From NCBI RefSeq assembly GCF_036321535.1, contig NC_087437.1:107262001-107326000 (forward strand): a DNA stretch of 64,000 nt. The letters are read 5' to 3'. Position 1 is the first letter of the stretch, and each line of letters starts with the position of its first letter. Under the pieces are notes generated by a model. It had not been told where the DNA came from and searched no databases. It was given only the letters and a program-made list of their open reading frames with translations. Both the position numbers and the translations under genes were made by a program. Of this stretch, positions 12,401 through 26,234 are shown in pieces. This stretch comes from Camelus dromedarius (lineage: Eukaryota).

Positions 12401-14025
12401 TCCCATATAATTTAGTATGTCACATTCCTTTTTTTATTTGTCTTTAGGTATATTTTGATTTCTACTTTGATTTCTTCTATGACCCATTGGTTGTTAAGTA
12501 GAATGTTGTTTAATCTCTATCATTTTTGTAGTTTTTTCCATGTTTTTCCTTGGGTTTGATTTCTTGTTCTATGCCATTGTTGTTAGAAGATGATTGATAT
12601 GATATAATATGACTTCCTAACATGTGATTTATCCTGAAGAACATTCCAAATATTCTTGAGAATATGTATTCTGCTGCTTTTAAGTAGACTATTCTGTATA
12701 TATCTATTAAGTCATACTATCTAATGTATCATTTAAGTCAAATGTTTCCTTATTAATTTTCTCTCTGGATAATCTGCCTATTGATGTAAGTGAGATATTA
12801 AAGTCCTCTACTTTTATTTTATTGGTTTCAATTTATCCTGTTAAGTTTATTAGTATTTGCTTTAAATATCTTGATGCTCATATATTTGGTGCATATATAT
12901 TTTATAAATGTCATATCTTTTTGTTCAACTACTTTATCATGATATAATGACCTTCTTTGTCTTTTATTACAGTTTTTGTTTTGAAGTCTATTTTGTCTGA
13001 TAATAGTATAGTTACTCCTGCTTTCTTTTCATTTCCATTCACATGAAATATTTTTTATACTTTCATTTTTAGTCTGTGTGTGTCCTTTCTTCTAAAGCCA
13101 GGCTCTTTTAGGCAGCATATAGACAGGTCTTGTTTTTTAATCCATTCAGCCACCATATGTTATTTGAAGAAATTTGTCCATTTACTTAGAGTAATTTTTG
13201 TTAGCTATGCACTTATCACCATTTTCTTCATTGTTTTCTGGTTGTTTTTGTAGTTCCTTCCTCTCTGTTCTTTCTTCTTCTCTTCTCTCTTCCCTTGTAT
13301 TTTGGTGGGTTTTTTTTTTTTTAACTGTCATTTCATTTCAGCTTTAAAAAGTCCCTTTAATATTTCTTGTAAGACTGGTTTAGTGATAATGAACTCCTTT
13401 AGCTTTTTGTTATTTAGGGAACTCTTGATTTCTCCTTCAGTTCTGAATGTTAATCTTGCTGGTTAGACAATTCTTGGTTGCTGGCAGAAGCTTCAAGATT
13501 AGAAAGTGGATCCTCTTCACCTGTGGTTCATGTGCTTTTCACTCTGGTGTTCTTGCAGTGGTTTTCAGCTTGAGTGAGTCTGTACACAAGCCCTTTAAGA
13601 GAGGATTTTCTGTTTACTGAAGTTATATAGTTTTCCTGTTGGTTTTCAAAGGGAGGTGTTTGGAGGGCTTGTCTTTCCTGTGCAAGATCTGGAGGCTGGA
13701 CCGCCTAATGTAGAGCTTGAATCCTTTACTTCTCATGAAAAAGATGTGTAGTTTTTTTTTTTTTTTTTTTTTTTTAAGATGTGTAGTTTTTTTGATTCCT
13801 CCCAATTGTAGATTGCCACACATGAGGTATGGGTTTTCCTTGGTGATCCCACCTCTCTGCCCCTCCTACTTTCCAGATGCTATTCTTTTACCTTTTGCTG
13901 TGGAGATTCCATTTATTTAGTTTTCATGTATCTTTCTGAAGGAATTATTCCATATGTAGTCATAAATTAGTTGTGTCCATGGGGGGAGATGAGTTTAAGA
14001 TCTTCCTATACTGTCATCTTGACTC
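9486..14025 (-). mobile_element. Long degenerate LINE-1 (part of 3'UTR, most of ORF2, end of ORF1, 5'UTR start)
   Basis: Continuous antisense ORF2, e.g. ORF 10716-11024 ([18 protein letters not shown]...[10 protein letters not shown]). The end of ORF1 is at about 13340-13480 and the 5' terminus (gtcatcttgactc) is homologous to 33025-33037. Many stops and indels; no poly-A end. Confidence 0.92.
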
Positions 14026-16339
14026 TTCTTTCCAAGCAAAAAGGCTTTGACATAAGAAAAAGAAATTTAGAAAGTCACTTGCATATAGAATAAAGTAATC
14101 CCAAAACATAAAAGATCATATATAATGCATGGCTCCAGAATAATGCCAATGTTGGTTTCAATAAACTCTGCTCTTGTCCGATTTAGATATCCAGAACAAA
14201 AATACAAATGATATTGGTTAGCTTGAGCAATGCATTTTATTTTAATTAGAACACTTTTTTTTTGCTTGTTGAAAAACAGAAAAATCCAAATAAAAACTGG
14301 AGGAGTTTTAATTGCTAATAAAGATATACTATCTGAAAATTATAGATAAGCTTTAAATGGGTTAGAATGATTCATTTCTACCTCATAAATGATGACCTTG
14401 TCCTTTTAACAAAAATCTTTGGCATAATGACAGGCTTCTGCAATATAATCAGATGATGCTATGCTTTTTATGGCCCTCTCAGCATACCGTCCTTGAATTT
14501 CAGGGATCATTTAACTTTAAATGAAGACTTCTTATTAAATAATGGTTATGGCATATTGTATTTGTTATGTCATCTTTTCTTAGCTAAGGATAACATAGCT
14601 CTCTCAATCACTTACAAATGAATTTTTTAGAAAGAAGTATCAAGAATCCATATTTCTTTTCTTCTTCTTTCTCAGGAAATCTCATTCTTGGGATCTATTA
14701 TATTACCACCAATATTTACTGGTCCACAGAAATATCCCTTCTGAATTTCTAAAACATATTTGCATCCATTTATTCAGTCATCATCTGTGATTATATGTGC
14801 TTGTGTTTGTGTGTGTGTGTGTGAGTTTCTGTGTATTTCTTGATACCATAGATAATGCCTTTTAACTTTTCATATATTTCCCATATTCTAACAGAGTGTG
14901 GTTTAAAATAATACCTAAATAACTGCAATAAACAAGAAATAGTAGTCCCTTAATTCACTCCCACCACCACTTACTTTCTGAAAGCAGACTATTTTTCAAT
15001 ATATTCTTCCAGCTGGTAAACTTTATGGCACATTTTTCTGTTTCTACTTCATTAGTAAGAATCACTGAGGGAGATTCTTTGTGGTAATTATCACACAAAC
15101 ATCTTATTTTTGTTAAGTGTTATCTCATGGCTCACTTGGCAGACATATTTGTGGAGCAAATACCCTGAAACTAATCATCACTTACTATATGGAATTTCCA
15201 CAAAATTGCATATTCAGGCTGGATTTTAAATTGATAGTGTTCCATGGTTCACTTGGAAACATAGCTCTGAAACCTGGCTTATTGGAAAGAATATGAGTAT
15301 TACATTAATATTAGAGTTAGCAGTCCTGATTTCAACTAGTACATCTAGCAATGACTTGTTTTCTTTGATTCGGGGATAGTTACCTAAATTTCTATTTTTT
15401 GTAAAAGTTTACAATGTAGAATACATTTTTTGATAATGTAATAAGATGCTCTACTTAAAAATATCTTGTTACACACACATCTACATGTAAAGACATAAAA
15501 TTAAGGGTATATTGTATCACTGGTGATGCCATAAAGTGGTGCTCAAGCTTGGAGCCTGGAGTGTAGACAAAAATATATGAAACGTTGGCAACTAAACATC
15601 ACTTCTCTAGAAGAAATTTTTTTAAATCTAAGAAATTTTGGATTATTTAATTTAAAAAAATTTTTTATGACTAATAATAATGCATGTCTTCTTTCATTAT
15701 TTTTAAAATAATAGGTCCTAGAGAAGAATGTCAGAACCTACCATCAATCCAGGAGAAAAAGTACAGGTGGAGAAAAGCCAAGACTGTCTAACATGGGCTA
15801 TTTTGTAAGCAGGCTCACAGTGGATTCAAAATAGAATATCAAGCAGCATGGACGAGGTGATAGTCTGTCACACTATCTTATTCTTTTAAAGAAAGAACAG
15901 TGAATTATTGTAAGTAAACATTAGAGTGGGGGAAAAATAGGATTCCAAAGACATTGTAGCATCTGTCATTATGTTTAAATTAGAAAAGTCAAAAACCAAG
16001 AGTTGATGTGGGTGATTTTAAGGACAGAGTGTGGCAAATATCCTCTCAGGGCAGAACTTTGCAGCACTATTTTCATTGTGGCCAGTTTGAGGAAATAATA
16101 AGAGAGAACATTAAATATGAGGTCCACTCACTGCTTGGATAATGTTTCCTGTTTGTGTTATTACATTTCAACCATAAAATAATTCAACATTTGGATTTCA
16201 CATCTTACCTATTTGTTTCTTTCACTTGTAAAAACAAATTACTTTCATTATTGACACATATATTTTTTCCACAGACCATTTTCCAAAGGCAATAGGGAAA
16301 TCAAGACAAATAGTGAAACATTTATATCTAGAGTCTCAA

Positions 16340-16492
16340 TATCCCAGTGACTTGAATTCCTGAAAAAAAAAGCAAAAACTTAACCTGACTCTGAAATCTT
16401 GGGAAATTTCCCCAACCCCCATACCTTAGTATTTTCATATGTAAAATAAGAATATTAACAATACCCACTCTGCAGGGTTTTTATCAGCATTC
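16340..16492 (+). mobile_element. MIR fragment
   Basis: atcttgggaaattt...ccttagtattttcatatgtaaaataagaatattaacaatacccactctgcagggtt resembles the MIR core. Confidence 0.55.
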
Positions 16493-16599
16493 CAAAAGGG
16501 TCCATTTAGTAACTAAGCTTGAAAAACTCTGCTCTAAATTTCTATATTTCCTTTTCTACTAAATAAGTCCATTCAGTAATGATCTACATTCACCATGAG

Positions 16600-17023
16600 A
16601 GCAATTGCTCTTGGTGGTCCACCAACCTCCCACTGTCTTTTCCTCTCAGTGCGTAAGATGTAGCTGCATCCTACTAACTGCCAGCATCTATGCCTGAGAG
16701 CTTTATCTTGATGCTGGTGCTCCTTTTCTGTCCACTGAAGACCAGGACTACAGCTCCAAAGCAGTAATTTTTGTTTGGAAATACCCCAGCTTCCTCACTC
16801 CTCATGTATGATAAACATAAAACTTGTGTTTTACGTTCAATCCTAGAATTTTTCCAGTGGAGTTAAGCACTAGTTCCCATAGTGGCAGCTACCAAAGGTA
16901 GCTACCTTCTCTGTTTGTCTCACTTTCCTATTTCCCTACTAAGGGCCCTTTAACCTCCAAAATTAGAAGATTTGTATATGAATTCTTGTCTTGGAGTCTG
17001 CTTCTAAGGAAGCCAAAGCAACA
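16600..17023 (+). mobile_element. ERVL LTR16-like LTR
   Basis: ccccagcttcctcac..., gttaagcactagttcccatagtgg and the 3' end gaattcttgtcttggagtctgcttctaaggaagccaaagcaaca resemble LTR16. Confidence 0.6.
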
Positions 17024-17309
17024 CTCTATTCTTAGAATATTTTATCTTTACCATTCCCTAAACATATAAGATTCAGGCAATTTTGGTGTTCAGTTGATTA
17101 TTTAACCTAATGTGGCTGGCTATCAACAAGTGCTCTTGGTTACACAATGATGGATGTGTTTGTATTCATTTGCATACCTCTCAGTTCTTGTGAGTGGGCA
17201 TTGCCAGTCACAAAATGCAAAAATCCATAGGATGGAGATACCCTTGCCAAGTGAGATCCCCATGGGGAAGTATTTTACAAATTTGAATCAATAGTCATAC
17301 TGCAAATAT

Positions 17310-18362
17310 ATGAAAAATTAGTATATAAGAATCTGGCTCTACAAATCAATGGTAAAAAGACAGATTACTTACTATGGTGTTGAGGAAACTACTCCCATAA
17401 GAAAGAACATAAAACTTTAGATTGATTGAAAAGTTGAATATGGGAAGCAAAAAACTATAAAGTTTTTCGAAGAAAAAGTAGGAATTTATCTTTTTGACCT
17501 CGAAATTGGAAAGGATTTCTTAAATAAAATATCAATGGCAAATGACTGAAAATTTGATGATATAAAAGTTAAGGATTTCTTTTCCAAAAAGAATACCACC
17601 AATGAAGTTAAAGACAAGTTAACAAAGTTAAAGATGGAAGAAAATATTTGCAATATCTAAAACTGAAAAGGAGTTAACCAAAAACTTGAATAAAACTCAT
17701 GAATATCAATGGTATATATAAAGGTAGCAATATTAAATGGGCAGTATCTGAACAGGAAAGTTGTAGAGGAAATACAAAATCTTAAAATTATGTAAGATAC
17801 ACAGAATATTAGAATATTTGGTCAGAGAAATGCACATTCAAATAATAATGGAATATAAATTTACATATCTAAAACCGGAAAAAATTACAAATCCAGCTAA
17901 TATCAAATGTTGGTATGGTTATGGAATCTTATCTGTCTGTATAAACTAGTAAAATCTATGAAGATGAATAACACCAAGATCTTGGTGGCTGAAAACACAA
18001 AGGTTTATTTATTGCTCACGATACATGTATATTATAGTGTCAACAGCAGTCCTCTGTTCACTGCACTCAGAAACCTAGGCTGATGTAGCACAACCAATTA
18101 AACATTGCTGATCACCATACTACTGGGAAAAGGAGAGCTCTCTGGGCAGAAAGTAGGGGTGGGGATGGAGTTGGGATGGAGGGATGGGCTTTGCAACAGC
18201 AAAGACATGACATATGGCACTTCTACTCATAATTAATTGGTCAGAATTATCCATCTGTCCCCAAACACATGGAATTAAAGGAACCTTCATGTATTCTGGT
18301 CAAAGTGAAGACTGCTGTACCCATTTTGCAGGGCAACATGACAATGCCTAGTTAAGTTAAGC
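17310..18362 (+). mobile_element. Ancient LINE-1 ORF2 3' region interrupted by an MLT1 LTR
   Basis: ggaaaggatttcttaa, gaagaaaatatttgcaatatct and gagaaatgcacattcaaa; the L1 resumes at about 18290 (ccattttgcagggcaacatgacaat). Confidence 0.65.
17928..18285 (-). mobile_element. Old MLT1 (J/K/L-like) LTR nested in L1
   Basis: atcttggtggctgaaaacacaaaggtttatttattgctcac...ctcagaaacctaggctgatg...cacttctactcataattaattggtcagaa. Confidence 0.6.
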
Positions 18363-19638
18363 TATGGCTCCATTCTTTTCCCAACATTAGTGACTTTGTC
18401 TTCCTTTCAAATTGAGGACAAACATCTCTTAATTGCTCCGAGCCTAGGTTGCTGTAGACTCTCAGCTCTGTGTCCTGGAATACCCCTCATTGCATCAGGC
18501 CCTCTTAAAAATTAGAAAGATAACCCTTGTATTAGAACCACCAGTACTACTGAAGTGAGACATTTGGGCCCTCTCAGATCTTTCTTAAAGAATGAAACAT
18601 TTCTTTTGCAGTTAACTTGTTAAAAGATGTCAGGTATTTTATTGTAAACAACAGCAAAAAATTCAAAAGACACATATCTTTCATATAGGTGTTTCTTAAT
18701 CATACATGGTAAGCAATGATATTAAACTACTTACTCTTGCTTTAAGAATTGGGTCTTTCTGTTCATATGGGGCCACAGTCACCGTGAAGCCAGAAAATCC
18801 AGTCTTGTCTAACTTCTCTGTATCCTTATTGCTATTTTTAGTACTTAATGGGCTCCTCCCCTTCCTCCTCATTTGCATGATTTCCATCCTCTCTGTGGTT
18901 CATTTGAATTTCATCCCAGTGTCACTCTTGAAGAATGGTTTGCTTAAATTGCTTGCGACAAAGAACAAAGCATAAATGAAAAATGATTTCTAGAGTGAAT
19001 CTTCTCCATTCTTATTACTGAGTAGTATTTTCTCCAAGTCTTAAAGATATAATCTAAGCAAGAAAAATCTGTCTGTGACTACTGGCCCATAAAAGCTCGG
19101 TGAGCCTTCAAAATATACTATTTTGTGTAGTGGAGTCTGTTTACTCTTGCTAGGAACTAATCTCTTTAGAATGTCAGATTGTCCCCTAAATTGATAATTA
19201 AACATAAAAATTAGGGTTTCGGAAACTTATGAAAAAAAGAGTAAACAAGTTTTTGGCTTCTTCCTAATGTTCTGTACCTAGATGAAGCATAGTTTAATTC
19301 CTTTAATATCTAAAATTTCATAATTATAAACTTTTCTATTTTCTTTTGACCATTTCCATCTAATTTGACTTTAAGTCCATCAGAGCTGGAGACTTTTAGT
19401 ATTTATTTTACATTTTGTCCCTTGTGCCTAGAAGATAATATTTGCTTAAAAAATAATGCTTATTGAATAAAAAAAATGAATGACAGTTCTGATTTCAAGA
19501 AGAAAATGAAAATGCATTGGAGCTCTATGTATTCAAAAAGATAAATAACAGGAAGGAAGAAACTTGGATTTGAGGGAATAGAAACACTATCAAATAATGA
19601 ATCAAGGAGTTGTTAACCTCCAAGGAGACATTGCTCAG

Positions 19639-20060
19639 TTTTATGGATTGAATTTTGTCCCCCCTACATTTATATGCTGAAGTCCTAACCCCAGTATTTC
19701 AGAATGTCAGCTTTTTTAGAAATAGGACTAATGCAGATGTAATTATTTTAAATGAGGTTTTATTGGAGTAGGGTGCATCCCTAATCCAGTATGACTGATG
19801 GTCTTCCAGAAAGGGGAAGTTTGAACATGGTCAAGCATACAGGAAGCACTCCATGTGAAGATGAGAGATGCACTGACCAACCACCAGAAACCAAGGCAGA
19901 GTCATGGAATATACTGTTCCTCACAGCTTTGGAAGGAACCAACCCTGCCGGCATCTTGATTTTGGGCATCTAGACTCTGGAGCTCTGAGGCAATACATTT
20001 CTGGTGTTTAAGCTACCTAGTTTGTGGTACTTGTTACAGCAGCTCTCACAGACCAATACA
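19639..20060 (+). mobile_element. MLT1B-like MaLR solo LTR
   Basis: ttatggattgaattttgtcccc...gaaggaaccaaccctgccggcatcttgattttg...gtttgtggtacttgttacagcag...aataca; 5-bp TSD ctcag/atcag with one mismatch. Confidence 0.85.
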
Positions 20061-20233
20061 ATCAGTAACAGTGACCTTAATTTTAAAGGCTGGTAAAAAT
20101 GCATGAGCCAAAGTCAACAGCTCAGACATTTCCTCTTTATACTCTGATTCAACTAATTCATGAAAGAGACTCTTTTTTGACATATGCAATTAGAGAAATG
20201 TAAGCTGTGGCTGGAACATTTACTGAGAGAAAA

Positions 20234-20250
20234 AGAGAGAGAGAGAGAGA

Positions 20251-20281
<31 letters not shown>
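20234..20281. repeat. Compound (GA)n(GT)n microsatellite
   Basis: Directly visible. Confidence 0.9.
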
Positions 20282-20282
<1 letters not shown>

Positions 20283-22849
20283 TTGTAGGGGCAGATTATG
20301 GAAGGGATAGTGTACCTAACTAAGAAACCTGGGTGGGTTCATGAGAAGTTTCCATTTCAAAGGTACCAGTTGCCAGAACCTAACTCAAAGGTTTCACATG
20401 ATTAAGTTATGGGTAACAAGACTTGTTTCACCAGCGGCTTACCCACTTCAATAATTTTAAATTAAGAATCTTAGTAAATTCAGTGGAGACTTAGGAACAT
20501 TCACACCTAACTTAAGACTAGAGGTCTGAGAACCTTAAAAAATAGTGAAAGGTTTAGCTGCTGAATCTTGCCTCAAAGATAATGACCATGCCAACTGTTG
20601 GGACTATGTATTCTCTTAACTTCATGTGTTTCTACAGGGAGGTAATCCTAAAATAGGATGGGGAGCTTACTCCTGAGGACCCCTCAGGAGATCTAGTCCA
20701 GCAGAAACACCTTCCCAACACACAAGCCAAGGATGAAGGGTGAACTCATTTTAAAATAGCTTCCATAATGAATTTCTACAACAAAATCTACTTCCTCTGA
20801 AATAGATAGATCTTTGATGCTGTATCTATAAAATATGCATAAAACAATAATGCACTTGTCAAATCTGAAGTACTAGAGGAGGGGAGTTTTTTAATAACTT
20901 ACTGAAAGAACTCCACTGATGGTCAGTTTTTATTTTCTCTGTTGAAGATTAGGAAAGAAGCAGTAGACAAAGCCTAGCATTTGAAATTAGGTGGAGAGTC
21001 GAAGCTGTTTACATGAACTTTTTTTTTTTTTTTTTTGGATACCGTTGCCTTCCCACATCCTACTCTGACTCTTTTTAAACTTCATGTTGGCCATTCAGGG
21101 AAAGGTAACATTTTTAGGGATGTGTTAACCTGTTATGAAGACAGCTGCCCTTTGGGGCTTGTGTGGGAAGGAGTGCCTTAGCCACAAGCAATTCCTGTTG
21201 GCATTCCTACTAAGACAGTGTCTAAGATCCTTCTACTCTTCAAAGGGTAATAAAACACATACTTTAAAAAGCATATACTCATTTAGGAACACTTTGGAAT
21301 AAGCCTCCACTTACCTAGTTAGGGTAGGTAGTTTGTACTTCACAGTGCAGGAGGAATGCCTTTATTTGTGACCAATTTATATTCATATTCATTTTTATTG
21401 AGACAGATATTACACTACCACCTTAATTTTGTAACTGCGTGCTGGCAGAACAATCCTTAAATTATTGGCAAGATCTATGAAAGCAGTAAAGGTAGAAAAA
21501 ACATGGTACACGGAGGGCCAAGAGTAAACAACATCAAAGGGAAAACCATAGGAACAGAGAATCACTGGCGTCAGCCGTTGACCAGAGAAGACACTGCCCA
21601 GCCAAGTGTATGGATTCATTTGTTCTCCTTGTATGGAAATATGTGAACTTTATTTTGTTTTGTGAGTTATATAACTTGGAACGTGTTGTTTTTTGTCCCC
21701 CTTGAGAGATAAAAAATCAGTTATTTTGAAGGGTAACTATAAATGAGTTAGTAACCATACATTTACACAGACTGACATTTATTTTTGTCATTCTGTTTGT
21801 CTAAATAAAAAAAACCAGAGGTACCCAAACTGAATTTTTCCTTTGCTGTTATTAGTCATCCAAATATTTGTGTTCTTGTTGAGTTAGGGTTTCAGTCTAA
21901 ATAGCTTTCAATATGCTAAAATAAGTAACAAGCTATTAAGTGCTGGTAGAGTTTTTAATTAAGAAATTTAATTTATTATGCAGTGGTATATGCTAATTAA
22001 TAATTATTCATATATATTAATTAAAATGTTTTCCAATAGTATTACCTCTACTAAAGTATTTAAATAGGTAACTATTGGCCAAAGTAAAAACTTTCTCATT
22101 ATTTTCTAACATTAAAAAAAAAAATAAGGGCTTTAAAGGCTCCTTAAAATACAATACAAAATAAAACAAAATAGACTGTTACTGCAAAGTATATGCTTCT
22201 ACCTATATGGCAACGTATAATGTTTTTCTATGTAATTTTTACCAAGGGACACTACTATAAATTCAGAGATGTGTTTTTGCAGAAAAATTTGGCTTTAAAC
22301 TTTAAGTTGAATAAAATTGAATTTTACATAAAAATGTCACCTGAAAGGACTTCATTTCTCAGTCTGTTAACATGAATACACTTGAGCCTAATATATTAAT
22401 TGGTCAAAATTGCAAAAAAAAAAAAAAAAGTACACGAAGTTGAAATGGCTTTTTGAAATCATAGACCAGTTCACATACTCGGGTGGTGTTGGGGCCATAT
22501 GTTTGTAAGAACGGAGGGCCTTCAGGCCTTCTGAAGAGGACTGCCCTGTGCCATCCCCAAGTCACTATCAGTGTGCTTCGTTTTCCTGAAACACGCCCCC
22601 CTCCACTCAACAGTTAAGAACTGACAATTATCTGCTTTAGGAATAAAAGGCTCAGCTTCATCATGACCTTTATCGCTGAGGCATCAGCCATCTCATCCTC
22701 CTGTTTCTGATCTCCCTAGAGAGTGCACACCACTATTTTGTTCCTCTGCTGGACCCGTCTCCCACTGCCCACTTCTGTTTCTCCCCTTCAGCATTATTTT
22801 TATCCTTCCCATGGTTTTGATGACACAGCCAAATGTCTTATATCCTCAA

Positions 22850-24790
22850 CCTTCTTGTGAAAGTTTTCTTTATCTTCCTGCCCTGAAACCTGGCTCCTTG
22901 CCAATTACATAACTTTTACATAATTCCTCCTCTTGTGGTGTCATGTGCCAGCTGTACGGCTCCAACAAACTTGGTATCAGAGGCCCAGAGATGAAGTAGG
23001 TGTTCTCTTGTCTTCTTTTGCTTCATTGAGACAATTCTTACTTTCTCCTCCCTAAATTCCCCAGCTTTAAATTTCAAATCTTCAAGTTATAACACTATCT
23101 ACTCTTCCTTGGGCACGTATCTACTGATCCCAGGACAAACCACTCTATTCCCTGAAGATATTAGCCCCCAGGTATATTTATCACTCTCTCCAAAATACTC
23201 CTCTCATAATTTTTGTAAATACCATCTGTGTAGATGAGCCTCTCTGTTTCTGACTTCCTTTCCAGTTATCTTGTCCTTCACTTACCTCGGCCACCCACTC
23301 ACATAGTCATGATTTTATTGTTAGCAGCAATGGCAAACTTTCAATACTATCAATTTTAAGTGTATGACCTTTTGGCCCTCGCGTCCTACCTTTCTAGCAC
23401 CCTCCTTCCAGTACCCTGACTCCAACAAACCTTTGACCCTAAGTAGACTCACAAGCCCTTCATCCTTTTCTTCTTCAAGCCTTTTCTTTGTCCCATGTCC
23501 CCTCACGCTAGAGTGACAATGTGCTCTGGTTTGTGTAGAATAGTTTTGGTTTAGACCTGTTAAACTCAGCGTAATAATTAATAGTGCTTCAGTTTGGACA
23601 ATAAATTATATGGTTACTCTATTGAATGTTCTCACTTCCCTTCTTACTCAGCCTAAATTCCACAGTCAACTAAAACATTACTTTGCATGTACTTTTCAAC
23701 TGCCTTGTCCCTCTTTCCCATAATCAGTACTTTGGCAAAATCCCAACCCTGGTTAAATTCAGCTCTCCAAATACCTTACACCTGCAATTGCATCTCAGTG
23801 TGGCTGGAATCAAATACAAAATTGTGTTGTCTGGTCTCATATGAAATTCATGATTCCTAATTTCAAAGCGCCCCTTATTTCTGTCAAGTTATCACACCAT
23901 AGACCCCTGGCTTATTTACTCTTTCACTCTCCCAGATGATAATCTCATGTCTTCTCTCTCCTTAAACTTCTAAAACTTCTTAACCCGCCTTCACACTGAG
24001 CTGGTGACCTTTTAGTTCACCTAGAGAAATGAAGCAATCAGAAGAGAACTTCCACAAACTTTTACCCCTAAGGGAGCACCTATCTAGCTCCAAACCCTCC
24101 ACCTGCGCACTAGACTCCATCCCTTCTCACCTGCAGAACCCTTTCTGTCACATCCCAGGTACCATCTGCTTACAAGTAGCATCAGCTCATCTTCAGAACA
24201 ACCTTTCCGTCTTCTCTGCTTCTACCCTGATCTAAGACATTGACATTTCTCAACTGGACAGTATCTTTTTTTTAAGCTGAATTACTGCTCTATTTTGCTC
24301 CAACCTGCATCTCCTAGCTTATTTGCAGTACAGCTGTTAAGTGATGTGTTAAGATATAAATTACATCATATAATTCCACTTTTCAAATCTTCCCAATGGC
24401 TTCCCATTTCATTCCAAATAAAAGCCAAGAATTGAATAATAACTTACAAAAGCTTATCAGTAAATGCCTGCCCCTCCTTCCCTTTCTGATTTTGTCTTCC
24501 ACTCTCCAGTTCTTGTTTCTTACTCATCATCCACATTGGCTTTCTTGCTGCTCCTCAAATGCTCCAGGGATCTTCCTCATTTAGGGATTTTGCATTGGAA
24601 GTTCCTGTCCCTCAGATCTCTTCTTCCTCTACCCCCAGTGCCATGAGACTTTATTCACAAGGACACCTTTTCTATGAGGCTGCTCTGGTCCACTCTTCTT
24701 AAAATACAAGTCCCCATTCCAAGCTGGACTCTCCTTAACCCAATTCCCTGCCTTGTTTTTCTCCTTAGGACCTGTTCTCTCTCTCCTTTC
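22850..24790 (+). mobile_element. LINE-2 (L2) relic
   Basis: C/T-rich stretch with L2 motifs: ctgaaacctggctcc, ccctccacctgcgcactagactccatcccttctcacct, ccaatggcttcccatt and ttccctgccttgtttttctcctt. Confidence 0.75.
23509..23621. mobile_element. MER81-like hAT-Blackjack MITE inserted in L2
   Basis: TIRs tagagtgacaat / atggttactcta and the internal gtttggacaataaattatatgg as in MER81. Confidence 0.7.
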
Positions 24791-25950
24791 AAAATCACTT
24801 CTTTTACTTTAATGATTAATATATATTAATCATAATTAATTTAATATATTAAATTAACAGTATAATAATATATTATTGATATATATACACACAAATATAT
24901 ATACATTTAGATGAGTAATATATATTCTTTGTTTCTGGAATTCACTGATGACTTTCTATTAATTGAGAGAATAAGGAACACTATTTTTATGAATATAAAA
25001 TCTGACACTATGGTGATAAAGAATATGGCCAGAATACTCCTTTCCTACTTACTGACTTTAAAACCTTAGAAAAATTGTTATGACTTCTCTGATACTCTTT
25101 CTTTATCAGTCTAAATAAGAAAAAGCTAACATTGCACTTTATTTTTCCTTTATTATTTGGAGAGCAAATACAAATGTATATATAATATTGATCATAAAAC
25201 CTGATAGAAATTAGATTAATACTAAACATATTTTCATTAGTTGTTAATGATCATTACTGAAATTATTTTGGCTTTTGGTAAGATGGGTGATAAATTCAGC
25301 CTATATTTCAACCTTCATCACATCCCTGCATCACTTCTATGGCATCGTTAGGTTATGATTATAATGCATAAATCTAAAATTGGTAGAAAATCAAAGATTA
25401 GCAAATTTAAAATTTTACTTTTACTATAGGCTCTGTTGAAATGCAAAATTTCAGTCAAGTTGATTTCATAGAAAGCACTAAAAGAAAAAAATACATTCCT
25501 TACATGACTAATTCAAACACCTTTATTTCAAGTATAAATAAATGAGCTACAATAAGAAGTTCAGATGGACCGATCAGAGCTCCAGTATTGCTTGTAGTTC
25601 ACTTTATCCGAATTCCCTGTGAAGAGGAGGCCAAGATTAAAGAGACTAAATCTTCTACACAGAGAGGGTAGTTACTGGGCCATCTTAGGGTTTTTGTAAA
25701 TTCAGTTTCCAAAAGAAAGGTTAAAAAAACATGATTCTTTTTGGTTGTTCTGCATAAGTGGTTTAATCTCAGAAAATGATGTTATCACATCATCAAGCCT
25801 TAAAATAAAGTCTAATTGTTTTATTTCTAGTAATTGTAAATTGCGTAAGATCTGAACTTCTTTGAAATAGGATTCCTACAATGGTACAAGAATGTGAGTA
25901 GGTCACTAAACTTCTCTTACAGAGAAACATGAATAATAAAAGAGTTTTAA

Positions 25951-26234
25951 GGGGTGGGGTATAGCTCAGTGGTAGAGTACATGCCTCGCATGCCTGAGGT
26001 CCTGAGTTCAATCCCCAGCACCTCCATTAAAAACAATGAATGAGGGGAGGGTATAGCTCAAGTGGTAGAGCACATGCTTAGGGTGCATGAGGTCCTGGGT
26101 TCATATCCCCAGTACCTCCTCTAAAATTAAATAAACCTAATTACCTCCCCGCTGGCCAAAATAAAATAATTAAATAATAAAAAAATGAATAACCTAATTA
26201 CCTCCCCCCAAAAAAAGATGAATCAAAAAATTTT
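25951..26234 (+). mobile_element. tRNA-Ala-derived SINE (camelid Vic-1-like), outer copy
   Basis: Pol III A box (tagctcagtgg) and B box (agttcaatccc), tail motif aacctaattacctccccc, exact TSD aaaagagttttaa at 25938-25950 and 26235-26247. Confidence 0.9.
26042..26177 (+). mobile_element. tRNA-Ala-derived SINE, inner copy nested in the outer one
   Basis: Second complete head (gggagggtatagctcaagtggtagagc...ggttcatatccccagtacctcc), its own tail motif, and flanks aaaaacaatgaat / aaaaaaatgaat. Confidence 0.88.

Noticed and set aside
25951..26120. Functional tRNA-Ala genes (also 37920-37995)
   Set aside because: They carry SINE tails, A-rich ends, TSDs (clear for the first two) and stem-breaking substitutions, so they are SINE heads.
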